From contig CAVVJG010000032.1 of the NCBI GenBank assembly GCA_963748365.1, positions 333,717 through 397,716 of the forward strand: a DNA stretch of 64,000 bases. Direction: 5' to 3'. The position numbers and the translations under genes were made by a program. Positions 1-9,487 of this stretch are shown piece by piece. Numbering within the stretch: the stretch's first letter is position 1; every line of letters starts with the position of its first letter. This DNA comes from Candidatus Acidiferrales bacterium (GTDB taxonomy: Bacteria > Acidobacteriota > Terriglobia > Acidiferrales > UBA7541). Below the pieces are notes generated by a model. The model searched no databases. It worked only from the letters and a program-made list of their open reading frames with translations, and was not told the DNA's origin.

Positions 1-666
1 CCTTCCGCCAAGAGCGGCATTCAGGAAACCGCCTTTGCCCCAGACCATGTGGGCCATCGGGGCATATACGAACAAGAACCACAAAGTCATGAATAGCATG
101 GTGCCGGAAAATTTCATGCGTTCCGCGGTCGCGCCGGTGATCAATGCCGGGGTAATGACCGCAAACATCAACTGGTAAATCATGAAGGTCATTTGCGGAA
201 TGGTGGCTGCATAATCGGTGTTAGGAGCCACCCCAACGCCACGAAGAAACGCATGCTCAAAATTTCCAAAGAAAGAACCACTGCCGCCAAAACACAGGCT
301 ATATCCCACCAGAGCCCACAGCACCGTGATTAACGACATCAGCGCGAAGCTCTGCATCATAATCGCCAGCACATTCTTGTGCCGCACCAGTCCGCCATAG
401 AAAAGAGCCAATCCCGGCCCGGTCATCATCAGTACCAGCGCCGCGCAGACCAGCATCCACGCATTGTCCGCCGACGATTGCGCTGCTGCCACCTTTTGGT
501 CGAGTTGAGCGAGCTTTTCGTTTATCACGCACGGTACGTCGGGAACGGAAACATCCGGAGAGGCGTTGGAGACAGCTGTGGGCGTAGGAGTTTGCTGGGC
601 GAAGAGCGGCGCGGCCGCAAAACAAAGCAAAGATAACAGACAACACCCAACAACCACGCATTTCAT
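1..666 (-). CDS. amtB: Ammonium transporter AmtB, N-terminal part (runs off window start)
   Basis: Manual translation from ATG at 666: MKCVVVGCC...DNAWMLVCAALVLMMTGPGLALFYGGLVRHKNVL...YQLMFAVITPALITGATAERMKF...AHMVWG, all Amt-family motifs. GGAGGTGGAG RBS just upstream. Absent from the ORF track because the stop lies outside the window. Confidence 0.95.
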   Translation of the reverse strand, partial: MKCVVVGCCLLSLLCFAAAPLFAQQTPTPTAVSNASPDVSVPDVPCVINEKLAQLDQKVAAAQSSADNAWMLVCAALVLMMTGPGLALFYGGLVRHKNVLAIMMQSFALMSLITVLWALVGYSLCFGGSGSFFGNFEHAFLRGVGVAPNTDYAATIPQMTFMIYQLMFAVITPALITGATAERMKFSGTMLFMTLWFLFVYAPMAHMVWGKGGFLNAALGGR

Positions 667-804
667 CAAGTTCTCCACCTCCATAGGTGTGTGGCTGAGC
701 CCTGTCCGGGCAATCGTAAATTATCTTGGGAACGGGCCACGGCGTAGGCGGGATTATACGCGTCAAGCTGTTTGGTATCTGTTCGAAATTTTGCTAGTTC
801 GAAT

Positions 805-1560
805 TCATTTTTCGGATAGTTCCCCCTGTAAGTATCTGTGCTTTAGCTCGGCCGCGAAGCGGTCCGCGTCTCGGGTGGGCTGCGGGATCCGCAGGCCGTC
901 CGTGACGCGCAACGTCAATTGAATGGCGGTGGTCAGGCTAACCCCATGTCCTTGCGAGACATAGATTGGGCTCACGCCCGCCCTGGTCCTCAGCACTGCT
1001 CCTACTTGTTCATTATTGGCCCTTGGGTCGAGCAACGGGCTCCAGCTTCCCTTCTTTCTCCCCGGCTCGACATTTGTGCCTATCAACCGGCTCTTGGCGC
1101 AACCGATCGTGGGGCGTTCTAGTACGATTCCCAAATGCGTCGCTAATCCCATTCGTCGCGGGTGGGCGATCCCTTGTCCATCGCAAAACAACAGGTCCGG
1201 CATGCGTTTAAGTTTGCCAATCGCGGCCAGTAAGACGGGAATCTCGCGGAAGCTGAGAAGCCCGGGCACGTAGGGAAAGCGCAACGGCAAGATTGCGTAA
1301 GCGCGCTCAATCTCCACCATTTCCGGGTAGTGGTACATCACCACGCAACCAATCGCCTGATTAGCCGCCCTCAATGCGCTCCAGCGAATCGCGCGATTTG
1401 TAAGGGCTTGCGGCCCCACCAGCACAAACGCGGCATCCAGTCCTGCAACAGTCCGAATCTCTGAGAACCGGTCTTCACCGATCCAGTACCTCCGCAATTC
1501 TTCCTGGATAGCTACCGCGCGTTTGGGAGAGACATCCCAACGGTGCCGCCGAACGGGCAT
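805..1560 (-). CDS. nfi: Endonuclease V (deoxyinosine 3' endonuclease)
   Basis: VAGLD, FPYVPGLLSFRE, LFCDGQGIAHPRRMGLATH, PTIGCAKSRL, PIYVSQGH motifs. Start chosen at MPVRRHRW (1560) because the longer ORF overlaps the divergent STAS gene; start uncertain. Confidence 0.93.
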   Translation of the reverse strand: MPVRRHRWDVSPKRAVAIQEELRRYWIGEDRFSEIRTVAGLDAAFVLVGPQALTNRAIRWSALRAANQAIGCVVMYHYPEMVEIERAYAILPLRFPYVPGLLSFREIPVLLAAIGKLKRMPDLLFCDGQGIAHPRRMGLATHLGIVLERPTIGCAKSRLIGTNVEPGRKKGSWSPLLDPRANNEQVGAVLRTRAGVSPIYVSQGHGVSLTTAIQLTLRVTDGLRIPQPTRDADRFAAELKHRYLQGELSEK

Positions 1561-1670
1561 TGCCAACTTGTTCTCCATATCTAACATCGTATAATGCAAA
1601 GGCCGCCTCGTTTCTATCTGCCCCGCGGCGACCCAGCTTTGTTCGAACGCTAGGAAAAAGGAATCTTTCG

Positions 1671-2024
1671 ATGACCCTGCACCCACCCTTGGAAGTTTCC
1701 GTGCGCGAAACCGCGGGCCTTCATTTTATTGAGGTACACGGACGCCTGACCATTGGCGAGTCCAGCGAAGTGCTGAACGACTTCGTGCAGAAGTTGATCC
1801 AACAGGGCGCACGCAAACTGATCGTCAATCTGAATGATATTCCGCAGATCGACAGCTCCGGCATCTCCGTACTGGTCAAACTCTCGATCTCGCTGGCTCG
1901 GCAGGGTGGAGCGTTGCATCTGGTCAGCGGTCAGGGCCGCGTTCGCGATGCGCTCACAGTCACACGTTTGGTCGAAGCCATTCCCACCTACGAAACCGAG
2001 GAATTGGCCAAAGCTGGGTTTTAA
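1671..2024 (+). CDS. STAS-domain anti-sigma factor antagonist
   Basis: LIVNLNDIPQIDSSGISVL matches the SpoIIAA/RsbV DSSG phosphosite motif; about 117 aa. Confidence 0.88.
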   Translation: MTLHPPLEVSVRETAGLHFIEVHGRLTIGESSEVLNDFVQKLIQQGARKLIVNLNDIPQIDSSGISVLVKLSISLARQGGALHLVSGQGRVRDALTVTRLVEAIPTYETEELAKAGF

Positions 2025-2195
2025 AGCACCAGTCCGCTCACCCTTTGAGCGAATTCGCCGGGGTCTGCCTTACAACTTAAATGAACAAGCGCAGAAGATT
2101 TTGTAAACGTGGCGATGCGAGCCAGCCACGAGGAATGGTAATCCATTGTCGAGTCTCGTAACCTTTGAAGTAACTATTAGGCGTTACTAGCGCGG

Positions 2196-2213
2196 CTAGC
2201 TGCCTTTTTTGAG
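2196..2213. repeat. 18-bp direct repeat, copy of the mglA 3' end (left boundary of TA cassette)
   Basis: CTAGCTGCCTTTTTTGAG at 2196-2213 is identical to 2943-2960 (mglA last codons LKKGS*). Confidence 0.85.
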
Positions 2214-2318
2214 TCCCTCGGTATCCAAGCTCTGGATGGGAATTTCCTGCCTCCCGAGAACAAATCTAGCTTATTTGACTCCCTTGCAACCACCGACGAT
2301 GCCAGCTAGCATACCTCC

Positions 2319-2504
2319 ATGACCAAGGCAAAAGAATACGTCGAGAAACCGGCTCCCATCATCGAAGAAGAGGATGAAGCCACCCTCGCCGCAATCGACG
2401 AGGGTATTCGAGACGCCAAGGCTGGTCGTGCCGTAAGCATCGAAAGAGTGCGGAAGCTTCTGCCAAAGTGGATTACCGCCTCCTCTTCACGCAAAGAGCC
2501 TTAG
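2319..2504 (+). CDS. Putative type II antitoxin (61 aa)
   Basis: Small acidic protein with AAIDEGIRDAKAGRAVSIERVRK, typical of partners of RelE/ParE toxins; overlaps the toxin start. Confidence 0.8.
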   Translation: MTKAKEYVEKPAPIIEEEDEATLAAIDEGIRDAKAGRAVSIERVRKLLPKWITASSSRKEP

Positions 2505-2758
2505 ACGATCTAGCCGAAATTATCGGCCATATCGCCGAAGACGACGGTAAATCCGCTGCTCGTTTCGGCAGTACCTTGCTCGACCACATCGAACTGCTTA
2601 TTCGCTTTCCCCGCATGGGAGGAACCATCCGCGAAAGATCGAAGGTGGGTAAACTCTCCCATAGTCCGATTCTGGTGTACTACCAAATCCGCGAAGAGCG
2701 GCATATCGTTGAAATTCTCCACCTCCGTCATGCGTCTCGCAAGACGGCAAGATTCTGA
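2468..2758 (+). CDS. RelE/ParE family toxin
   Basis: YRLLFTQRALDDLAEI...RFPRMG...ILVYYQI...VEILHLRH pattern of RelE/ParE; 96 aa; GTG start. Confidence 0.88.
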   Translation: MDYRLLFTQRALDDLAEIIGHIAEDDGKSAARFGSTLLDHIELLIRFPRMGGTIRERSKVGKLSHSPILVYYQIREERHIVEILHLRHASRKTARF

Positions 2759-2942
2759 TATCACTGAAACACAACTTTCCAAATACCTGCAATTATTTGG
2801 AGATCAATGCATACAATCAAGCCAATGTCGGCAGTGAGTAGAATTGAAGCACCTTCGCGGTCACCGAGCCCCAAGGTTACCGGTGAAGCGTGTTCATCTT
2901 ACTACCGCGCCAGATACTACGATGCTCTGGGAATGAACTTAC

Positions 2943-3530
2943 CTAGCTGCCTTTTTTGAGCTCCGCGAGGACCAGGCGGGCCAGCTCTTTCAGCGTGTCG
3001 AAGACGCCTTGGCCGTTGATGGCGACGCCTTCAATCACCGGTTCGCCTTTTTTCTGTAGCTGCTTGGTAAGGTCTTGCACGGACATTGCGTTTGGCAGAT
3101 CGCGCTTGTTCAACTGCAGCACGTACGGGATCGTCGTAAAATTCAGGTTGTGTTCTTTCAGGTGCTCCTGCAGGTTGTCCATCGTTTCGAAATTTGCGTC
3201 GAGCCGTTCTTCCTGCGAATCGGCTACGAACACCACGCCATCCGCACCTTTTAAGATCAGTTTGCGGCTGGCTTCGTAAAAAACCTGTCCGGGAACGGTG
3301 TAGAGGTGGAAGCGCGTTTTGAAGCCGCGCACCGTGCCTAAATCGAGCGGCAAAAAGTCAAAGAACAGGGTTCGATCTGTCTCCGTGGCGAGGGAGACCA
3401 TCTTGCCCTTCTGGTTTTGATTGGTGTGATCATAGATCCATTGGAGGTTCGCTGTTTTGCCCCCCAACCCAGGACCGTAGTACACCAACTTACAATTTAT
3501 TTCGCGAGCAGGAAAATTAATGAAAGGCAC
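2943..3530 (-). CDS. mglA: MglA-family small Ras-like GTPase
   Basis: [49 protein letters not shown]: MglA signature motifs. Confidence 0.95.
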   Translation of the reverse strand: MPFINFPAREINCKLVYYGPGLGGKTANLQWIYDHTNQNQKGKMVSLATETDRTLFFDFLPLDLGTVRGFKTRFHLYTVPGQVFYEASRKLILKGADGVVFVADSQEERLDANFETMDNLQEHLKEHNLNFTTIPYVLQLNKRDLPNAMSVQDLTKQLQKKGEPVIEGVAINGQGVFDTLKELARLVLAELKKGS

Positions 3531-3727
3531 GAGTCGTCAACCTGAATCCCGGTAAAACTTATAACACACGCACGCAGGGCAAGCCAGCGTCCCTCCGTCC
3601 GTTCGGAGCCTGGAATCACCTCCTAGTGTCGCGGAGAAGGGGCATTCGGCGGAAGGTATTTTTGGGTACTGGTGCCGGAGGGTAAAGGCTATTCAACTCG
3701 TCACTTTGTGGAAAATGACGCGGTCCG

Positions 3728-3756
3728 TTGACGGAACACTCAGCCTTTGCTACATT
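3728..3756 (+). promoter_or_regulatory. Sigma70-type promoter directly before the TPR gene ATG
   Basis: TTGACG (3728-3733), 17 nt, TACATT (3751-3756), 6 nt, ATG (3763). Confidence 0.6.
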
Positions 3757-3762
3757 CGCGCC

Positions 3763-4392
3763 ATGGCGAGAGCGCAAAAGTCCTCAGCAGGCTCGGGGCG
3801 CGGCAAGTCAGCCTCCAAGCCCAAGTCTAAGCAACTGAAAGAAAAGAAGTTACCCGCTCCTCCTCCACAACGGGGTGGTGTTGAAATGGTTGATCCTCGC
3901 GTGCAGGCTCAGATGAAGGTTTACGAAGAGGCCATGGCCCTCTTTCACCAACAAAAATTCCAGCGTGCCAAGCAGGAACTGGAAAAGGTTCTGGAAGGCC
4001 CCAGCAAGGAACTTGTCGACCGCGCCCGCATACATATGCGCATTGTGGAACAGCGCATGAAGCCCACCGCCGACCAGAGCCCGAAATCGCCTGAGGACCA
4101 CTATCAGCGCGGCGTCGGCATGATGAATCTCGGCCGCTGGGACGAGGCACGCGAAAGTTTGGAGAAAGCTCGCAAACTGGCGCCAAAGGCCGATCACGTT
4201 CACTACGCCCTCGCCGCCCTCGATTGCCTGACCGGCGAAGCCGATTCCGCGATGGCCAATCTTAAAATCGCCATCGAGTTGCGTTCCGCAAACCGCTATC
4301 ACGCGCGTAATGACGAGGATTTTGCCTTTCTCCAGGAAGATCCTCGCTTTACGGAATTGCTGTACCCAGAGAAGGAAGGCTACTCCGGTTAA
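3763..4392 (+). CDS. Tetratricopeptide-repeat protein
   Basis: Helical repeats (YEEAMALFHQQKFQRAKQEL; YQRGVGMMNLGRWDEARESLEKARKLAP; HYALAAL) after a basic low-complexity N-terminus. Confidence 0.8.
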   Translation: MARAQKSSAGSGRGKSASKPKSKQLKEKKLPAPPPQRGGVEMVDPRVQAQMKVYEEAMALFHQQKFQRAKQELEKVLEGPSKELVDRARIHMRIVEQRMKPTADQSPKSPEDHYQRGVGMMNLGRWDEARESLEKARKLAPKADHVHYALAALDCLTGEADSAMANLKIAIELRSANRYHARNDEDFAFLQEDPRFTELLYPEKEGYSG

Positions 4393-4547
4393 CCCTTACT
4401 CCTTCTCCAGTAAACGCCCTGTAGATTTGTTTTGAAATTGCCTGCATGCTTCTTTGTATGCAAGCTCCTCACTGTTGCCCAACCACAGTGAGCACTTTGC
4501 GAGTGTCGCTCTAAACCTCGCTGGCCGAATCTGAAACCGAGTCTGAC

Positions 4548-5567
4548 GTGAAGAAATCTCGAAAAAACAAAGCTCGCAATGTAGACGGAATGCGCGTTGT
4601 CGCGCTGGGTGGTGGCACCGGTTTATCCGCGCTTCTGCGTGGTCTGAAAAATCATCTGGCGCGCCGCAACGATCCAATCACCAGCGAGTGCCCCATTTCC
4701 GATATTGCTGCAATTGTCGCCGTTACCGATGATGGCGGCAGTTCCGGACGATTGCGAAGAGAGAATCGCATGCTTCCGCCGGGCGACATTCGCAACTGCA
4801 TGGTGGCGCTTTCAAAAGATGAGGCCCTGCTTGGCCGCCTTTTCCAGTATCGCTTTCATGCTGGGCGCGGGCTCCGCGGCCACAATTTTGGCAATTTGTT
4901 CCTGGCGGCGCTCACCCATGTCACCGGTGATTTTGCCGAAGCGGTGAGAGTCTCCGGAAAAGTTCTGGCCATTCGCGGTCGCATATTTCCATCGACCGTT
5001 TCGAATGTGACTCTGGTCGCCACACTCGAAAATGGCAAACGGGTTCGTGGTGAAACAAAAATATCGCGCAGCCAGTCGCGTATTCGCAAACTGGAATTAG
5101 TTCCGCGCCGTGTGCGGCCCCTTCCTAAGGCCGTGGAAGCCATTCAAGAAGCGGATTTGATCCTGATGGGACCGGGCTCGCTCTTCACCAGTGTAATTCC
5201 TAATTTGCTGATCCCGGAAATTGCCCGCGCCATTTCCCGGTCGAAAGCCCCGCGCGTCTATGTTGCGAACCTGATGACCCAGCCTGGAGAAACCACGGGT
5301 TTCACACTGAGCGAACACCTGCGCGCCATCGAAGCGCACGTCGGAAAACGGGTCATCGATTACGTGGTCGCGAATAAGAAAGCGGTATCACCGGAAGTGG
5401 CTCGCCGCTACCGGGCGCAAGGTGCCGCAGCCGTCAAGCTTGATCCAGACCGCCTTTCCAAGTTAAAAGTGAAGCTGATCCTCGACAACCTGCTTGAAGA
5501 ACACGGCGTCATCCGGCACAATTCGCCACGCTTGGCCAGGCTATTGGTAGAAAAATTCCTTCTGTAA
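4548..5567 (+). CDS. yvcK: YvcK/UPF0052 (CofD-like) uridine-diphosphate-sugar-binding protein
   Basis: VVALGGGTGLS, VTDDGGSSGRLR, PPGDIRNC, GHNFGNLF, GPGSLFTSVIPNL, NLMTQPGET motifs. Confidence 0.92.
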   Translation: MKKSRKNKARNVDGMRVVALGGGTGLSALLRGLKNHLARRNDPITSECPISDIAAIVAVTDDGGSSGRLRRENRMLPPGDIRNCMVALSKDEALLGRLFQYRFHAGRGLRGHNFGNLFLAALTHVTGDFAEAVRVSGKVLAIRGRIFPSTVSNVTLVATLENGKRVRGETKISRSQSRIRKLELVPRRVRPLPKAVEAIQEADLILMGPGSLFTSVIPNLLIPEIARAISRSKAPRVYVANLMTQPGETTGFTLSEHLRAIEAHVGKRVIDYVVANKKAVSPEVARRYRAQGAAAVKLDPDRLSKLKVKLILDNLLEEHGVIRHNSPRLARLLVEKFLL

Positions 5568-5666
5568 TTCTCAATCCGTCCAATATCTAGATCCTGATAA
5601 TTTGAAACTATTTATTCCCCAAAAGCGTATACTCACCAGCAAACATTCTCTCTTTCAAGGTGGTTC

Positions 5667-7043
5667 ATGAATACTCGATTCGCGCTCCTCCGGGTCTGTC
5701 TTTTCGTCGTACTCTGCGCAACGGTCTGCTGGCCGGTGCTCGCGCAAAAGGCGCCCGATCTTTCCAATAGTCAGATGCCTTCGGTACTTACTGTACCCGA
5801 GGCTGCCAAAGTGTCGGACCACTTCGATGTTGATGCAGCGACAAACGCGTATCTGGCGGAGATTCCGGCGTCAGCGCGTGCCCGCAGCGATGCCTACTTT
5901 GAAGGTAACTACTGGCTCATCTTGTGGGATTTCCTGATGTCCGTGGTCATTTACCTGATTCTGCTGCGCTTCGGATTGTCGGCGCGCATGCGCAATATGG
6001 CGCAAAGCGTGACGCGCTTCCGGTGGTTGCAGGATTTTATTTATTGGTTTCTATTCATGATCATCACGTCCATTCTGCAGTTTCCATTGGCTGTGTACGA
6101 AGGATATTTCCGCGAGTGGAAATATGGGTTAGCTACCCAAACGTTTGGCCCGTGGCTATGGGATCAGACCAAGGGCCTGTTGCTTGGTGTCGTCCTGGGC
6201 GGTCTCCTGGTCATGGTGTTGATGTGGATTGTGCGGAAACTCCCGAACACCTGGCACATCTGGGGCGCCATTGCCACAACCCTCTTCATGATCCTGGGAG
6301 TGATGATCGTGCCGACAGTAATCGTGCCGATTTTTAATAACCCCAAGGTGCTAAACAATCCAAAAATCACACAGCCCATTCTCTCGCTGGCTCGGGCGAA
6401 CGGAATTACCGCGAAAGATGTCTACGAAGTAGACGCGTCGAAGCAAACTACGCGCATGAGCGCGAACGTCAGCGGATTTGGCAAGACCATGCGCATCACT
6501 CTGAACGACAATCTGATTAGGCGCGGATCGCCAGAAGAAATTCAATCCGTCATGGGCCATGAAATGGGCCACTATGTCCTGAACCACATCTACAAAACGA
6601 TTATTTTCCTTTTCGTGATTATCGTGGCATTCTTCGGCCTCCTGCGCTGGGGTCTGGACTGGTCTCTCGCTCGCTGGGGCGATAGCTGGCAGATCCACGA
6701 AGTTTCCGACGTGGCCGTGATTCCCCTTGTTTTCCTGATTGGTGGACTATTTTTCTTCGTGCTGACACCGATCATGAATTCACAAACGCGTATGGAGGAA
6801 CACGAAGCCGACATGTATGGCCTGAATTCCAGCCGCCAGCCGGACGGATTTGCGCAGGCGGCCATCCACCTGGGTGAATATCGCAAGATGAATCCCGGCC
6901 CAGTGGAAGAATGGATTTTCTTCGACCACCCGAGCGGCAGAAATCGCATCCACGACGCCATGCAATGGAAGGCAGAAAATCTGCGACTCTTCCAGGATGC
7001 AGCACCCACGCCGGTGGCAACGACCACGGAAGCGCCCAAATAA
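5667..7043 (+). CDS. M48 family (Ste24-like) membrane metalloprotease
   Basis: HEMGH zinc motif, EHEADMYG, FFDHPS, multiple TM segments, VYEVDASKQTTRMSANVSG. Confidence 0.9.
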   Translation: MNTRFALLRVCLFVVLCATVCWPVLAQKAPDLSNSQMPSVLTVPEAAKVSDHFDVDAATNAYLAEIPASARARSDAYFEGNYWLILWDFLMSVVIYLILLRFGLSARMRNMAQSVTRFRWLQDFIYWFLFMIITSILQFPLAVYEGYFREWKYGLATQTFGPWLWDQTKGLLLGVVLGGLLVMVLMWIVRKLPNTWHIWGAIATTLFMILGVMIVPTVIVPIFNNPKVLNNPKITQPILSLARANGITAKDVYEVDASKQTTRMSANVSGFGKTMRITLNDNLIRRGSPEEIQSVMGHEMGHYVLNHIYKTIIFLFVIIVAFFGLLRWGLDWSLARWGDSWQIHEVSDVAVIPLVFLIGGLFFFVLTPIMNSQTRMEEHEADMYGLNSSRQPDGFAQAAIHLGEYRKMNPGPVEEWIFFDHPSGRNRIHDAMQWKAENLRLFQDAAPTPVATTTEAPK

Positions 7044-7092
7044 AAGCCTCAACCTCGCGCGTGCGGGGCGGAATTGGAACCAAATTGTGGTC

Positions 7093-9369
7093 TCAGTGCA
7101 TTGTGAACCGAAAGCCGCCACGCACGAAGATGGGCGGCCCAATATTGGCGACAGGGGTTTCCGCGATTGCGAACCGGTCATCGGTCAAGTTCTGCACCGC
7201 GAAGAAGACAGATGTGTGCGGCAATAATTGGCGTGAAACCTGCGCATCCAGCGAGAAGGCCCGTCCCATGGGCAACAGATTCTGATCGTCGTCGAATTGG
7301 TTTCCCAGGAACCGTGCTTGCACGGCGGCGTTCCACTTCTGCCCCAAATAAGTGGCTTGAACGCTGAATTGGTTCTGCGGCACTTGCGGAAGCCAATTCC
7401 CCACAAGGGAAGTTCCGCCGGGAGGGGTAGGGAAGTGCAGTACCGTACTGCTGACAAAAAGATAGGAAGCGGAAAGTTGGATACGCGGTTTGATCTGGAC
7501 TTGGCCGGAAGCTTCAAATCCGCGCGCTTGCGTTTCTCCCAGGTTTTGCTTTTGTCGTGTGATCAGCTCGGGGGTGCTAATCAGTGTAACGTTTGCTACC
7601 GGATCCGCGATATCGCTCCAGAAGAAGTTTCCACGCAGCGTTAAGCGTTTTTGCCAGCGCTGCGCGCTTATTCCGGCTTCTCCCCCTGTCAGATGCTCGC
7701 CCGTCAGCGCCGGATTTGCCAGCGTGACCACATTTCCCACGCGAAAATTGCGGTATAACTCATTCAGCATGGGGGCTCGAAACGCCTGATAAACCGAAGC
7801 ATTCAGCGCGATTCCATTTTGAAAACTGTGCATCAGCGAAACGCGTGGACTAAACACCGATTCCGTGCGCGCTGGGAAGGTTGCCATGGTCGGTTCGCCG
7901 GTCGGCAAAGGCGTCCGGTTTTGATAACCTGTGTTGTTGTTCCATGTATCCGCGCGTCCACCGAAGGTCAACACCCAGTTTGGCGCGAAAAGGAAGGCGT
8001 CCTGACCGAAGAATCCGAAGGAGTGCTGACGGCCACCCGCATCGACCAGCGCCGTCGGCACCGACAACCGAAACGTTTCCTCGGCGCTGTGGCCGCGCAC
8101 ATCGTGAGCCTCCATTCCCGCGGTGACTCTGTGCTTCTCCGCAAACAGCCGCGACCATGACGCCACAAAACCAATTTGCTGTGATGGGCTGTGCTGATCG
8201 TTGGTCAACGATTCAAAGTTGCGCCCGGGAGCCACCGAAGAAAATGTCTGGTGAAAGTATTCCGTAGAACCGTATAGCCGCGCGGAGATGCTTCCCACGT
8301 GATTTGGCGCCCAGTCCACCCCCAAATCTAATTCGGGAATTGTTGTGTCGTTTCTCTGCAACGCCGTGCCGTTGTCCCGGCTTTCGCCGAATCCGCTCCC
8401 GCGCGCAAAAAAGCGGCCTCGTTCGCCCAAGCTGTGCCCAATCTCCACGATGCCGGCAAGATCTCCGGTGTTTGCATTTGTATCGACGCTCCCCCGCTGA
8501 TCTGGTGGCACCAGAATGTAGCCCCCTGTCTGAAATGCCTGGCCCATCGCCGAAATAGTCCAATTGCCCAATGGCGCTCCCACCGCAAACGAAACGTCGG
8601 GCGTATTCAAACTGCCGTAGGAAACTTCTCCATTGGCGAATGCTTCATCTGCTCGCGTCGTGTGCAAATTAACGACTCCCCCGAGCGCACCACCGCCGTA
8701 CAAATCGGAAGCACCTCCATTCGAAACTTCCATGGATTTGATTCCTTCACGCGGCAGACGGCCCCAATATATCCATCCGCCAAACGGATCATTCAGGGGG
8801 ATTCCATCGACGAGAACGGTAGAGCGGCTCGTCGCGCTTGCCCCCACTCCGCGCAACGACACACCCTGCGAAGAGGGATTCGCAAACAGGCTGCTCGACC
8901 TGCGAAATGTGCTGAATCCGGGAACTTGGCGCAACACATCATCCACCACCAGGCTGCCGGAAACGCTGATCTGCTCTTCCGAAATGGAATATTGACTGAT
9001 CGGAATCACGGGAATTCTGTCTTCGGCTGTAGTTCTCACTTGAAGGCGCTGCACGTTGGGCGCGGGGCTCAAAATGATCTCAAAGTTGTCCAGCGCAGAG
9101 TGCGGCTTGATATCCGTGGTAAAGCTGGCAAAGCCGGGGTAGCTGACTTGCAGCGTTCCCATAGCGGATTCAACGGAGACGGAAAACTGGCCCGATTGGT
9201 CCGTAGATGTAATGAGATTGGCTCCACTCGAGCGAAATTCAACGCGAGCCCCTTGTATCGCGGCTCCAGTCGAATCTTTCACCATGCCTTTCAGCGTTCG
9301 AACTTGTTGTCCGGGACTGATCGACGGCAAAACAAAGAAGACGATTCCGACGGCCACGAAATATCGCAT
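7093..9369 (-). CDS. TonB-dependent receptor with N-terminal carboxypeptidase-regulatory-like domain
   Basis: Signal peptide; plug motifs (DVLRQVPG, VSLRG, VLVDGIPLND, GGASDLYGGGALGGVVNL); C-terminal barrel strand. Start set at MRYFVAV. Confidence 0.9.
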   Translation of the reverse strand: MRYFVAVGIVFFVLPSISPGQQVRTLKGMVKDSTGAAIQGARVEFRSSGANLITSTDQSGQFSVSVESAMGTLQVSYPGFASFTTDIKPHSALDNFEIILSPAPNVQRLQVRTTAEDRIPVIPISQYSISEEQISVSGSLVVDDVLRQVPGFSTFRRSSSLFANPSSQGVSLRGVGASATSRSTVLVDGIPLNDPFGGWIYWGRLPREGIKSMEVSNGGASDLYGGGALGGVVNLHTTRADEAFANGEVSYGSLNTPDVSFAVGAPLGNWTISAMGQAFQTGGYILVPPDQRGSVDTNANTGDLAGIVEIGHSLGERGRFFARGSGFGESRDNGTALQRNDTTIPELDLGVDWAPNHVGSISARLYGSTEYFHQTFSSVAPGRNFESLTNDQHSPSQQIGFVASWSRLFAEKHRVTAGMEAHDVRGHSAEETFRLSVPTALVDAGGRQHSFGFFGQDAFLFAPNWVLTFGGRADTWNNNTGYQNRTPLPTGEPTMATFPARTESVFSPRVSLMHSFQNGIALNASVYQAFRAPMLNELYRNFRVGNVVTLANPALTGEHLTGGEAGISAQRWQKRLTLRGNFFWSDIADPVANVTLISTPELITRQKQNLGETQARGFEASGQVQIKPRIQLSASYLFVSSTVLHFPTPPGGTSLVGNWLPQVPQNQFSVQATYLGQKWNAAVQARFLGNQFDDDQNLLPMGRAFSLDAQVSRQLLPHTSVFFAVQNLTDDRFAIAETPVANIGPPIFVRGGFRFTMH

Positions 9370-9487
9370 CCACAGCGAACAACCAGAAATTGTGAAGCTC
9401 ACATTCAAATCAGCGCCTCTGTTGCGGCACGCGAAAATCAGGCGCCGCCGGGGTCACCCATCCTACATTACTAGAAAGCTTTGCAGC

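Noticed and set aside
299-766. 155-aa minus-strand ORF from the track
   Set aside because: Wrong frame; the real gene here is amtB starting at 666.
771-785. Minus-strand GAAC-AGATACC-AAAC as a LexA box near amtB
   Set aside because: Weak second half, lacks the GGCGAAC context and promoter overlap seen at the two good sites.
8434-9474. 346-aa plus-strand ORF
   Set aside because: Antisense shadow of the TonB-dependent receptor; no motifs; expected from codon bias in GC-rich genes.
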